A stretch of DNA of 61,354 bases, filler included, from Globobulimina sp. (Eukaryota), in NCBI GenBank assembly GCA_003354225.1. It is 21 parts of 21 records of this genome, joined end to end, with 100 filler letters (N's around TTAATTAATTAA, not from the genome) between each part and the next. Parts side by side here need not be neighbours in the genome. Positions count along the whole stretch, not along the records: positions 32,207 to 35,032 come from PIVH01004723.1; positions 35,133 to 37,958 come from PIVH01004724.1; positions 38,059 to 40,884 come from PIVH01004725.1; positions 40,985 to 43,810 come from PIVH01004726.1; positions 43,911 to 46,734 come from PIVH01004727.1; positions 46,835 to 49,658 come from PIVH01004728.1; 15 more parts are not named here. One strand, given 5' to 3'. Under the pieces are notes generated by a model. The model saw only the letters and a list, made by a program, of their open reading frames with translations, had not been told where the DNA came from and made no database searches. This document shows, in pieces, positions 34,564 to 47,156 of the stretch. The stretch's first letter is position 1, and every line of letters starts with the position of its first letter. Made by a program: the position numbers and the translations under genes.

Positions 34564-35032
34564 ATGAAAAGAAGAAAAAGAGATATATTATCTGATGAAG
34601 ATGATTCAGATTTTGTTGTGCTACCTAAAAGACGAAAGAAAAATAGAATCATAACATCATCTGAAGACAACTCCGTTTCCCACCTTGCAAATAAAACCAA
34701 CCGCAATAACACATCAAGCAACAACACCAACAATGCACCAAAGAAGAAAAAACAAAGCAACTTATCATCATTTTTTAATGTTCCAGCTCCATCAAAAAGA
34801 AAACAAATCGAAATGAAACAATCTGAATCAGAACAAGAATCAGAGGATGATGATGATTATTTTTATAATAATGATCCAAAATATAATTGCAATGCAATTC
34901 GAGGTAAAATCCGTAAATTGTTAACAACGCCAGATTTTAAGATAACTCATTGGTTAAAAGAATTAAATATTAATAGCAATTCCTATCAACGCTTCATGCG
35001 ATTAAAAGGAAAATGGAATAATACATCGAATC
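34564..35032 (+). CDS. Nuclear protein with a small HTH-like domain, 3' partial
   Basis: Basic NLS tracts, PIP-box-like QSNLSSFF, then NCNAIRGKIRKLL..ITHWLKELNINSNSYQRFM. Confidence 0.6.
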
Positions 35033-35132
35033 NNNNNNNNNNNNNNNNNNNNNNNNNNNNNNNNNNNNNNNNNNNNTTAATTAATTAANNNNNNNNNNNN
35101 NNNNNNNNNNNNNNNNNNNNNNNNNNNNNNNN

Positions 35133-35501
35133 TTTTTTTGTAATGCCTTCTTTTTCCTCAATTTGTTGCTTGATGTCTTTAATCGATGTAGTCGCAAAAT
35201 TGACATCCAATGATATCGTTTTTCCCGTTAACGTCTTAACATAAATTTGTTCTGTTTCTTCATTTGGATTTATTTTCGATTTTCTATCGGATATTGCCTG
35301 TCTAAAATTATTTTGTAGATCAACATTAGATGTAAGTCCTTTGGCAAATTTATCAATTTCTTCATCTGTTCTATAGCATAAATCACTGATTTTTATTCCT
35401 TCATCATATAATTCTGATGCTATTGGTTGAAGATTGTATTCTTTTATGAATGATTCCAACTCTCCATCTTTGTTCTCATCACTTCGAGGCGCTGCCATCA
35501 T
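35133..35501 (-). CDS. SAM-like + ubiquitin-like domain protein, 3' partial
   Basis: LESFIKEYNLQPIASELYDEGI..DL then [27 protein letters not shown]. Confidence 0.75.
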
Positions 35502-35645
35502 AAACAACTTCAAAGTGCAAGGATAAAACTTCAAAGTGCAAGGTCTATGAATTAAGGATAAAACAACAATTAATATAACACAACCTCAAAATATAAATTA
35601 TATAAAGAATACATTTCTTTCACATTTAATTTCAAATTGCATTTA

Positions 35646-37958
35646 CTATTCATCGGCATACTTTTTACTTCTATTCTTATGTTTTTTTTTACTTTTACTT
35701 CTTTTCTTTTTCTCCCGATCCCCTTTATCTTTTTTCTTTTTCTTACCACTCTTCTTATCTTTTGATTCTTTTTTCTGTTTCCTTTTCCTTTTCTTTTTTT
35801 TGTCGCTCCTCGCTGCTTTCTCCGGCGATGACTCACTTGACGAGATCTCAACTGCCGGCTTCCCAAAGTCAGCAAAAATACTGCTACAACAAAAGCCTCT
35901 GCGTTTCATATTTCTATCAACTTTCCTCTCTCTTTTCTTATCCTTTTTCCTTTTCCTTTTCTTATTTTTATTACCCTTATCCTCACTGTCCAACAATGGC
36001 GAATTGTCATCATAACCCACCACCACATAATGATCCACATCCATATCATAAGCAGGCACACTCTCTGACTCCTCACCGCCACTTACTTCCAACCTCTCCA
36101 TTTTGGACTGCAAGCCATCCTCATACGAGCCCTCAGACTCACTTTTCAGATCATCGTCAAAAGTCCCATCCGAGCGGAAATCGTCCATATCATCGCCTAA
36201 TTGCGGCCGCACCCCGGTTTCACTCGTTTTTTGATCATCATTATAGGCCATATCTGCACCGCCATGTCGCGATTGCGCCTGTTTGCTATTCATCGCTTGC
36301 AAGCGTTCAATTTCGCGGTTCAGTCTGCTCAATTGCTCATTGTGCGCAGTATTCAATTTCAGGATCTTCAGCTCATATTTCCCTTCAATTTGCGCTTCTA
36401 ACTCTTCCTCCAATTCCTCCTGCAACTCCATTCTTAATTGTTCAGTAAGTTCCTGTTTAAATTTGTACATAAGATTTATAAATATAATATTTATGCTTAT
36501 ACAACACCTGCAACTGATCAACATCATCCATATCGTCCATATCGCCCAACTCTTCATACGCCTGTTCCGCATATCCATCATTGTCACCTAAACCACTCAA
36601 CATACTGTCACCCATATTCTCCAACGAATTGCCAAACTGCGCAGAACGCAGAGTTTGATGCTGATGCTGATACAACGAACTAATCGATATTATACTGAGT
36701 GTCCTCTTCCGTTTATCCCGTCGCCCAGCAAACATCGTGGAATAAGCACCTCCGAATCCAGGACTAATACACGAAGTATTGCTATCGTTAAACGAGAGCT
36801 GTGGAGTCAATCCAGAATCCGGTCGGTTGTGTATAACCACGCTCCCTGTTCGTCCATGAGCTGATTTATGATCGTCAGGCGGTGTAGGACCACTTGACGA
36901 AACTGCTGAAACTGCCGAAGTGCCTCTGATCATTCCCAAAATAGAGCCACGTCGCCCACCGCCAGGAGACGCACTGTATTTATTGGTTAACTGTTCGAAA
37001 GTATGTACATTGAAAGAGGTCGAACGATGAAACGACGGATGCTGCTTTGCGCGGGGCGTAACATTTGAAAATTTTAAGTGTTCGGGAGTATCGGGACTGG
37101 AAACATCAATTTTTGGTAACGTTGGTGTAGCAGATTCTGTATCTTCACGCACCGCGGATAACGTACGGTGCCTCGCAGCATTGCTATCAGAAACCTGTTG
37201 TTTGTATTTGTGTTGTTTTGTTTGTTTGCGTAGTATTTTTATAGCTGATACAAACCTGTTTGGATTCTTGCGATTGTTCATTGGCAGCGTTACTGTCAGC
37301 GATATTGTTATGGAGATATTGATGCAACGTTTCATTTTCTGCAGCAATGTCTTGACAATACATTTCCAGCAAAGCTACCTTTTCACGAAAATCATCGCGT
37401 TCGCCTTTTAATTGTTGGATTTTATTATTTTGGTCATTGTTGACAATTTCATATTGATCCTTCAATTTGGACAGGTCTGTAATCTGCAAATTAAGTCGCG
37501 TAGTTTGCTCATTTTGTTTGTTATAAAGCTCTAAACAGTGGTCATATTTTCGCTGCATTTCACAACAGACATTTTTAGAATATTTATGCTCATTTTGTAG
37601 AGCTACATGCTGCGTTTCTAACTGCTGATGTTCCTGCTGCATAGCCACAGATTGTGCTTGCAATGACTCTGTCAATTCTTGCATACTTTTTATTTCCTCA
37701 GCCATGGTTTGTTCGCGTACACTCGCTGTGGTTATTTTTTCTCGTAACGCAGACACAGATTCTTGCAGTGGTAGTCCTTTGATGGTGATCCAATGTTTTA
37801 ATGTTTGGATTTGCGCATCCTAAATGATAATATATTATATAATTTCTACAGTACATACAGCAGAAAGACATACTCGTTCTTGTAGAGATTCAGCGTGTTC
37901 GTGTTGGAGTGAGGTCATATCCACACTTTGTGCGTTATCAAATGACTGCGTTGGTGTA
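35646..37958 (-). CDS. Coiled-coil protein, multi-exon, 5' partial
   Basis: Successive ORFs 37756-37187, 37347-36457 and 36587-35646 separated by AT-rich intron-like gaps; heptad-rich with a Lys-rich tail. Confidence 0.7.
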
Positions 37959-38457
37959 NNNNNNNNNNNNNNNNNNNNNNNNNNNNNNNNNNNNNNNNNN
38001 NNTTAATTAATTAANNNNNNNNNNNNNNNNNNNNNNNNNNNNNNNNNNNNNNNNNNNNTTTTAATTATATTATTAGCTATACGTATATACCTGTTTTTTT
38101 GCCAAAGTTTTTTAAATTTTATTTCTTCGTTTATTATATGTTTTTCATGATTTTTGTACTATGAGTTTGCTGTATGATCGATTGATATTTATCTTTTTGA
38201 TTGTTTTATGTCAATTTGTGTGATTCCATCTAAACAGGGCGCGAATCGTCAAAAGGTTCGGCGTATAGTAAGTATATATAAATAACGTTTCATCTCAAAA
38301 AATTATAATTATAATAATAATAACAAAACAAACAATGAACACACTGCAAAAACAAAAACAACTCTATTTAAAATTGGAACGCGTTTTTATTAATTTTATT
38401 TATATAAATTTATTTTTTTGGTGCTTGGTATTATATTTTATCCTATTTTTGTGCATA

Positions 38458-39861
38458 TCAATCCAATCCATGATATACATCGACATTATAATTTTTCGGT
38501 ATCGTTCCATATTGAAACTCCCAAATCCCTGTCCCTCCATACGACGGTGGAATCATTTCAATCTGAATCTCTTTGACCATTTCCTGCAAATAATCCTCTC
38601 CCAACACTTTAGTTTTCCGCACAGTCACCGGATCTAAAAAGCCTTTAACCGTACTCCATAATGCCCGAAATGGCCACGGCGCATTGATTATATACATTTT
38701 ATAAATCGCCTCTGGGAATATCCGCGATAGCGCATCAATTACCATTTTAGTCAACTTTCTATTTTTTCCCCTTAAATGGGCCTTTGTAAAGCCACCCATA
38801 TCCATTATCTGCACGTGTTTATGAATCTGTTTGCCATATTTCAACGCATTTTGTCTCTTGTAATTCCCCAATTTCCTGTATATAGAAGCACAAATACACA
38901 ATATATAGAATATTAACTATACATCAAATTAAACCAACCTCATAAATCTGAAGACATGTTCACAGGCACTATGCCCAAACGGTTGGTGTTGATTCACAAA
39001 AACTTTCTGCAATTTTGTACAATCACTAGAACCAATTAAATCATATATAACCGGATGACCATATTTGTCCTCCCCATAAATAAACTGTTTCCAGGCATCT
39101 ATTTCCTGCACAGTAGATTCAGTCGAAATTATCGTTTCTAATTTATATTTTTCATGCATTTCCCAAAAATAATCAATATCCGTACAGACTACGCTCATTC
39201 TTTTCTTTTTTTTAATATGTTTATATCCCACGGTATAACGGAAGATAAAATTCATTCTCTCCACAGACGGATATTGCGCCAATTTATCGCCATATTTAAG
39301 CCTTAATTGTTGCTCCATTGCTGTGTCATATTCGTCCATTGCATCGCGATCGGCTGATTCTGGCGTCATTACATTGACAGTCTCAGGTAATGCATATTTA
39401 TTGTCTGCTGCTTGTTTTTTATCCTCTTCTTCCTCTTTCTGTGGCATTGCCTGATTTGGAGTGGATTGAAGGTCCTCGTTTTTCGAATATTCGGGTTGTT
39501 CGTTGTTACTGTTATTGTCATCGCTATTTAATTGGTTTGAGTCTTGTATGGATTGTTTATCTTCATATTCATCGCTGGATGGTGTTAGAGATCGCGATCT
39601 TTCTTTTTTATCCTGATTTGGTGGACGTTGATTTTCATATTTTATTTAATATGTATTATGTACGTAAAAGTGTATATTTTGTACCTCGTTATTAATTTGA
39701 GCTGAATGGTGTTGTTTATTTTGATTCAGTTGGTCGGATACAAATGGTTGTACTTCGTTTTCTTTTTTATCATTTTGTCTTTTTGGGTGTAAATCAGGAT
39801 TTGTGGCGTCTGTTTGTTTGGAACACATCTTGCAGTGATTCAAAATGTTTGTTTGGAACAT
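38458..39861 (-). CDS. Sec14/CRAL-TRIO lipid-binding protein
   Basis: YGEDKYGHPVIY, intron 38938-38876, IMDMGGF..FPEAIYKMYIINAPWPFRALWSTVKGFLDPVTVRKTKVLG..IPPSYGG. The 5' exon and start are less certain. Confidence 0.9.
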
Positions 39862-40088
39862 TTTTTCTCAGTGAACATGTCAACAAACGAATTTCTGATT
39901 GTTCGTTCTTTGTTACCGCACTATAAATATTACACTAGTAACATTGGCAGTATCAATATTTCAACAAGTTGAGATTGCTACCAATTAAACCAACCTTTTC
40001 TTGGATAATGTGCATGGAAAGAAACGGATTTCATATGAAAAAAACGATACAAAAAACACTAGTACTACTGTCTCATATCTTTCTCACA

Positions 40089-40862
40089 ATGTCAAGTAGA
40101 TCCGCCAATAATAGACATAATAATCAGCCAAATATTCATCCATTGTCAAAATTGCTTAATTTAACACCACAACCAATGTATGGCGATAAACTACGTGCGA
40201 TACCACCACATATTGCATCCACTTCGATAAATAAGGAGCAACATTCTAGAACCAAAAAACGTGGTTTCTTTGCCAAGAATGTTGATCCACCTAAAAAAAA
40301 AATGAAATTAGATGATTCTGTCCGTTATCAAGAAAACATAATGTTAAAAAAGCAGAACAAAGAATTAAAAAAAGAAAATATAGATTTAATACAAACAGTA
40401 AGAGACTGTAGAAAGAAATATGATGTAATAAAAATAGAAAATGAACATCTTCATCATAGCTATCGGGTGAATGTACTCAAAGTAAATGAATTAAACTGTA
40501 AATGCAATGCATTAAAACAAGAGAATGATGACCGATTAAAAGAATTGCGATCGATCAAAGAAGTACTTGTAACCAAGAAGAAATTGCAAATAAATGTATC
40601 AAATTTGGATGTTTTAGATTTGGAGGCTTTGACTGTGTTGGAAAAGAATCTTTTAAATGGATTAATTGAAGTGCAAGAAAACAAAGAGAGATTGATAGAA
40701 AATAAATATTTATGTATTATATGTTGTAAACACGAAAGAAATATTTCGTTCAGTAGTTGTAACCATGTTGTATTATGTACACAATGTGAAAGAAAAGTAG
40801 AATCAAAAAAATGCCCAATTTGCCAACAACCATACTTTTCTGTCGATACACTTCAATTTTGA
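40089..40862 (+). CDS. Coiled-coil + C-terminal C3HC4 RING protein
   Basis: CIICCKHERNISFSSCNHVVLCTQCE..CPICQ. Confidence 0.9.
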   Translation: MSSRSANNRHNNQPNIHPLSKLLNLTPQPMYGDKLRAIPPHIASTSINKEQHSRTKKRGFFAKNVDPPKKKMKLDDSVRYQENIMLKKQNKELKKENIDLIQTVRDCRKKYDVIKIENEHLHHSYRVNVLKVNELNCKCNALKQENDDRLKELRSIKEVLVTKKKLQINVSNLDVLDLEALTVLEKNLLNGLIEVQENKERLIENKYLCIICCKHERNISFSSCNHVVLCTQCERKVESKKCPICQQPYFSVDTLQF

Positions 40863-40984
40863 ATTTGTTTTTTTTATATTGTTGNNNNNNNNNNNNNNNN
40901 NNNNNNNNNNNNNNNNNNNNNNNNNNNNTTAATTAATTAANNNNNNNNNNNNNNNNNNNNNNNNNNNNNNNNNNNNNNNNNNNN

Positions 40985-41840
40985 CAGAAATAATAACTAT
41001 GTACAGCGATTCAATACGAATTACAATAATAAGCAGAATACAGTCAATAAGAAGTTATTAGATTCGTCCATTTTGGATCATTGTATTTACTCTGGATTTG
41101 AAATGACGGCAAAAAAACTAATCTGTAAAATCTTTGGAAACGATTCCGGCCTGAAATTAATTACTCATTTGACGATTTGCAACGATATATTTGCGAGTAT
41201 GCGCATTCGGAGAGCTATTTTTGTGAGCATAGAGAGTGGGGCACTGTCGCGCGCAAAGTGCAATATTAAGAAGTTAAAAATCAATTATTTTCATATCAAA
41301 TATCCGCTGGCATGGTTTCAGATTTTGAGACAGGAATTGATTGAGTTGTTGCGCCGGAATCAGGTAAAGAAAGCCAAGCATTTGTACGAGAATGAATTGT
41401 TGGAATTTGAGTCGTTTTTGCTGAGTGATTTCAATCCGCATCGATTGAATTTGGATGCTAAGAATAAGAAAATATTTGAGAATGAAATAAATGTTTTAGG
41501 CACGTTGTTGATTAATTGTGTTCATATTCATATGCAATGTAACGGCGTGGAGCAGTTTAATATGAATAATGTTTTAGTCGAATATCGATATTTGTTTGAT
41601 GTGAATAGGAGGTATCGGTTAAGGGACATTGTACATAATTTGATATATCAACATATGAAGGAAAGGGAAAACAAAAGAATTGATTGTTTGTATAATACGT
41701 CATTATCATTAGCGTCAAATGAAAGGAAATTGAAAATGTATGACTCTGAGCTCAATCTATTTCTCAAGCATTTGTGTACCGTCTATGACTGTTATAAAAC
41801 TAATTTTGCTAATTATCTCGAGAATATTCGTTTTGTTTGA
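40985..41840 (+). CDS. LisH/CTLH-domain protein fragment
   Basis: ILDHCIYSGFEMTAKKL (LisH), RIRRAIFVSIESG..A..FQILRQELIELLR (CTLH). Confidence 0.7.
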
Positions 41841-41899
41841 TGCGTACATTTGCTCTGTTTTCAACCTTCAAAAACATTCTTCTTAGTAACACTCACGTA

Positions 41900-42970
41900 A
41901 TGTCGACCCAACATGCAGCACATAGAAGACGATGGAGACGAACAGACGATGACAGAGTGTGGGAATTGCATTTGTCTGGAAAGACAAGCAAACAAATTAG
42001 TGATCAGGTTGGCCGGTCAGAACCTGCAATAAAGAAGAGATTGCACCATTTAACTAATAAGACTAAACTAACTCGAGCAAGGACTCGATGGTCCAAGAAA
42101 GAAGACCACGACCTTTTAAAATTAGTGAATGGCGCTAAATCATATAAATCCATCGCACGTAAACTCCGACGGTCTGAAACCGCCATTTGTCAAAGATTTA
42201 ATATTATAAAAAATCAAAATAATCAAAATAATAAAACTAACAATGATAATAACAATAAGAATAACAATGCAAATGATGAATATGATTATGATGAATATGA
42301 ATATGATTCAGACGGATTTGTTAATGATTTAAACGATGATTTTTTTGATTCATCGTCCAATGATTTGTATTTATATGGAAACAAAAAGAAAACACAAACA
42401 CATAAATATAACACGAGATCGATATCTGTACAGGAAAAAAGCAAAAATAAAAAGCTATGTAAATCATTTATTATCAATGATGATGGTTCAGATTCAGATT
42501 CGGATCAATCGCAAGTATATGTTCCATTAATTAATAAATGTATAGATTCGGAAACAATTAACTTAGTGCAATCTGAGAATGATGAGGAAGATGACTGTGA
42601 TAACGGCGATGATGATGATGATTTAAACAAAAACAAGCCGTTAAAAAAAAGAAAAAGAAAAATGAAAAGTATTGGATTTGGCACATCAAAGAGAATGCGA
42701 CATAATTGTACGAGCAATACAATTGCGACAAATTTAAATATTATAAAAGCACCGATTATTCCACGCTCATTAAATGAATGTCTCACTTATTTTATGTTGA
42801 TCGGATATGGCAAATATGTGGATATCTTAAAAAACAGCTTTAAAGATGATGTGATTGAGAATGAAAAGGATCTCATTATTTTGGATAAACACGATCTCAA
42901 AGATTATGGTATTCATTCCTTAAGAGATAGAAAGGATATTATTCAAACAATACAGACACATTTTACTTAA
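41900..42970 (+). CDS. Two Myb/HTH-like repeats + C-terminal SAM domain
   Basis: RWRRTDDDRVW..GRSEPAIKKRL and RWSKKEDHDLL..RRSETAICQRF; C-terminal IGYGKYVDIL..LDKHDLKDYGIHSLRDRKDII. Confidence 0.75.
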   Translation: MSTQHAAHRRRWRRTDDDRVWELHLSGKTSKQISDQVGRSEPAIKKRLHHLTNKTKLTRARTRWSKKEDHDLLKLVNGAKSYKSIARKLRRSETAICQRFNIIKNQNNQNNKTNNDNNNKNNNANDEYDYDEYEYDSDGFVNDLNDDFFDSSSNDLYLYGNKKKTQTHKYNTRSISVQEKSKNKKLCKSFIINDDGSDSDSDQSQVYVPLINKCIDSETINLVQSENDEEDDCDNGDDDDDLNKNKPLKKRKRKMKSIGFGTSKRMRHNCTSNTIATNLNIIKAPIIPRSLNECLTYFMLIGYGKYVDILKNSFKDDVIENEKDLIILDKHDLKDYGIHSLRDRKDIIQTIQTHFT

Positions 42971-43216
42971 TGTTGACACTTAATACCACTCATATTACTA
43001 AATATGTATACTTTTATAATGCTATACAATATTATTATACTTGACTTTGTATAGTTTCTTTTTTCATACAATATTTGTTCATAATGGTCTGGTCCTACGC
43101 GAACATAATATATCTAGATCGAAGTAACTGTTTCAGCCTTTCAGTGGACACCATGTCGTCATAAAAATATAAAATACCCATATCTGACAAAAACAAAATT
43201 AAACAAACCAAAAACG

Positions 43217-43810
43217 ATGATATATTTATCAGTGATAATATATTTGATCACCATATACAACGTACATGAATGTAATGCTTCAGACGATACAGGCGAGTCA
43301 ATAAAATATATAATCAACGACCCACTCGCCACATATCGAAGTGTTGACTATTCAAAAGCAACCCCTTTATTACACATCGCTGGCCGTGTCATGGACTTAA
43401 TGAATGGTGAACATTTCGATGTCATTTTACGTGACACTCCAGATCATTTTCGGCCTCCATCACTCATTTTATTTTGGAACAGTGAAAATCGAGAATGTGC
43501 CCAAAAAAAACAAGACTTTGACTTTGAAGATGATGTTCGATTTCGTTTGCCATCCCGTGCTCACTTATTTGCCTCTACCTATGATATGGGCGCAGCTCCC
43601 AAACGCATTTGGTATAAATGGACACCTGAACGCGACTTGGCAGCAAGATTCAACATCGATATCTGTCCATCGCTTGTCTGGATATCCAACAAATGCAATG
43701 GCTTCACAGATTGGTGCGTGAATAACACAGTTAACGGAGTACAATATTTAGGCGGTGATGACTTTGTGGAACAATGCAATGCGGACAAACGCGTCATTCA
43801 TGACAGCGCA
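43217..43810 (+). CDS. Secreted protein with a thioredoxin-like fold, 3' partial
   Basis: Signal peptide; VMDLMNGEHF..SLILFW..C..DLAARFNIDICPSLVWI. Confidence 0.55.
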
Positions 43811-44065
43811 NNNNNNNNNNNNNNNNNNNNNNNNNNNNNNNNNNNNNNNNNNNNTTAATTAATTAANNNNNNNNNNNNNNNNNNNNNNNNNNNNNNNNNN
43901 NNNNNNNNNNTAAGAAATCAATTAAAGATTTCACCTAATACACAAGCAAGAAACACTAATAAATAGTATAAACAAACAAGGATACAGGCCCTTTTATTTG
44001 GGGGCGAAACCAATGAACAAAGGTAAATATAAAATATTTGAAGCAGATACAAAGTATATAGCTTC

Positions 44066-44620
44066 CTAATCCGAAATGATCGGATATAAATTCATTAGGT
44101 CCACTTGGTATAGATATTGAAATCTTTTTGTTTCTTTTGTGAAACGGAGAAGGTTTTTCCATATATTTACTTGAGTCACTATATCTAACTCCTCATCAAT
44201 GTCTGGAGGTCGACGGATTGTGTATGGATAGAATAGCTCATTTAGGCTGAATCTATTTCCATTTCGAAATCCATTCCAGATATCATGGAAAGAATCAATC
44301 ATTCGTCTTCGTTGATGTATATATGATTTGCATTTAATAAAATAATGGTATATAGTTTCTGGTTTATTATTATTACATTGGGTACAGTTTGGCGATAATA
44401 TTTCTGATTTATCCGTATCTTTATATTTCTGATTTATCCGGCGGTTAGGATTGCGAACGTTAAATGAATATAATATAATATAATCGTTACATTGCATGTA
44501 TTTAAACGTACACAAAAATAGGTTTATTTGTTTAAATCTCATGGACATTTATCCATTATTTAAGATTGATGTTTTTTATTATTTATTTATATGGATTCTT
44601 ATCCGTTTGATTTTATTTAA
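44066..44620 (-). mobile_element. Decayed 3' end of a non-LTR retrotransposon ORF2
   Basis: SPNCTQC..PETIYHYFIKCKSYIHQR (CCHC knuckle) and terminal LLRFTKETKRF, typical of LINE ORF2 ends; upstream frame broken. Confidence 0.6.
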
Positions 44621-45310
44621 ACCACATTAATTATATCCTTTTGTTTGATTTTTAATTATTGTTATTTTTCTTGGGCCGGAATGCAAATAATAAATTTTTT
44701 CAATAATATTTTGGATACTTCAATGTATTTATATATTATTGGTCGAATATATTTGTATTAAAGCTATTATTATTGACTAATATGTTGTTTTTTTTTGTGT
44801 TTTTTTTGTGCATTAAATGGCAAAATTAATATTAGTTTTGTGTGAATGTGTTTGACTGTGTCATATTTTATATTTTATCTTGTTAGTTTGCTGTAAATCC
44901 CATGTTTATTTTGTTTTTTTTTACTTTGCTTAAATACTTACTGTTGTTATTTTTTTCTACTTTGTTTTGTTGTAAATCTGGTTGAAAGTGTAATTCAATT
45001 TATTAACTGAAGTGCTGTTTATGGAAAAACTTTCAATTTAAGTATAAAAAACGTCCGCTCCATTATTCCGCTATTAATGAAAATCTTAATATCAGGGTTC
45101 TCACCTCATAGACTACAGTGCAAGGATAGATTTTTCCAGGATTCAAAGAAGAGACAAATCTATGCAATAAAGGTAAAAATGTGTCGTCTATATTAGTATA
45201 TTAAGTGAGCTACTCATCTATTAATTGCTGATGAAATTAAAAATGTAAATATCAAGCTCAACATTTAAAGAAAGTAAAGAAAAATAAACAACATAAAAAA
45301 AAAAGAAATA

Positions 45311-46734
45311 TTATAAAGCAAATGTTAAAACTTGATCTTGATTGCCTCTGACAAAAATTAAATTATTCATATTTTTTGGAGTCAACGATTGTAATATTTT
45401 CATATATTCATAACTAGTATATTCCGCGCGTGGAAAAGGCATTGTAACAATACATAAATCACTATCCCGTGATCTCTCTATTAATTCACCCAATTTCTTA
45501 TATTTTTTTAATTTTCTTTTTGCATATTTTGATAAATGTTCATCATTTACAATCTCATCCATTGCATACTTTGTTTTGATTTTATTTTTTAATTTCTTAA
45601 CCTCCTCATTTTTCAATGGATTTAAATCGTCGATATGATCATATGTAAAGACTTCATGTCGCAACGACTTTTGATAATTATCCACATAGGAACTCTTCGT
45701 TAATTTCGATCCGGAAAATAATGTGTTATTTAAATCCACCTCCATTACGACTCCATTATCACTCTTTGCTTCTTCTTCATATCCAGTCTCTTGCACATGT
45801 TCTTGTTGCTCTTTCTGTTGCTGTTTAATGTCTTGCACAAAAGGAAAATCAATGTCGTCATCGTCCATTGGCGTTTTCTCTTTTGTGGGTGTGAATGGCT
45901 GAGAGGGTGTTTCAAAGCTTCTGTCTGGTGTTTTAATGCCATTTTTTATGTTGATTTTACCCCCAAAGTCAGATCGAACAGGCACAATCTCCGCATTTAT
46001 CCTTTTCAGAAATGTTATTCATTTTAGATTAAATTCCATCATATTATCATACCTTAATTTAGTCATCAAAGCAGCTAACTCATTTTGTTCCGAATAACCT
46101 AAATTTTCTAACGCCATAATTCGAAGTTTACAATCTTTCCATAAAGGATGTGATTTTAATAAATATGGTATCAACACCGTTAATCCACCGTCATCATATA
46201 ACCTATTTTTAGTAAAATAAATCAAAAAAAATGAATGCCGATTTGCATAATACATACCACCAAATATCAATAAAGCCATCACGACGAATACTCCAATCCA
46301 TATAAGAGTTGCCAGCCACTAATAACACCCCCATGCCGGTCAACAGTGCGTCTTGTAAACCATCGATATAATCGGGAGCCTCTAACACATCTAACTGGTC
46401 CACTGACTCGTTCATGGATGTAGTATGCGACTCAGTTGTGGATTTAAGTGTTTTTACAGAGTGTGGGGAGTCTGGGGACAGAGAGACATTTATTTTACTG
46501 CTTTGTTTGGATGGCGATAAGTTGTTATTGCCGCCACCTTTCAATGGTACAGAAATAGTGGAAAAATCCAATACATTAAACAATGCCACGTTTGGTTTGA
46601 TAGCACCAACACCGGCGGTCTGTAATATGGTCCGTACGCCTTGCACAAAAGTAGGGGATATACAGGTTTGCACCAACGAATTCTTGATAATATCCACCGG
46701 TATGTCTGTCCATTGATGATTACGAGCTCGTTTT
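45311..46734 (-). CDS. Cation-chloride cotransporter (SLC12A) C-terminal region, 5' partial
   Basis: QTAGVGAIKPN, IDIWW/LYDDGGLTVLIPYLL (intron 46257-46203), SRDSDLCIVTMPFP..FVRGNQDQVLTF. Confidence 0.93.
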
Positions 46735-47076
46735 NNNNNNNNNNNNNNNNNNNNNNNNNNNNNNNNNNNNNNNNNNNNTTAATTAATTAANNNNNNNNNN
46801 NNNNNNNNNNNNNNNNNNNNNNNNNNNNNNNNNNAGCAGGTTCATATAATTTTAAGGTGACTGATTACGAAGTATGGAAAATATCATAAGTAAAATAAAA
46901 ACATATATTATGGTGTGATTTGTTTGTGTTTTTGTATTTTATAATATAGCATTTTAAATGAAATCATATAAGTTTCATTTGATAATTAATTTGTGGTGAT
47001 CGGACTTGCCCACCACACTAAATTAGCTCAATAGTTGTGTCTGCAGTACTTTGCGACAGGAGGAAAGAATCTGAAC

Positions 47077-47156
47077 ATAAAAAAAATATGTAAAATATCG
47101 TAATAAAAGTTTTAAGCAGTGCAATGTCATAGCAATATACTGCACAAATACCATGC
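47077..47156. repeat. Left arm of a perfect 80-bp inverted repeat
   Basis: Exact reverse complement of 49579-49658. Confidence 0.95.

Noticed and set aside
35762-36448. 228-aa plus-strand ORF and many other short antisense ORFs
   Set aside because: Shadows of real genes on the opposite strand with no independent motifs.
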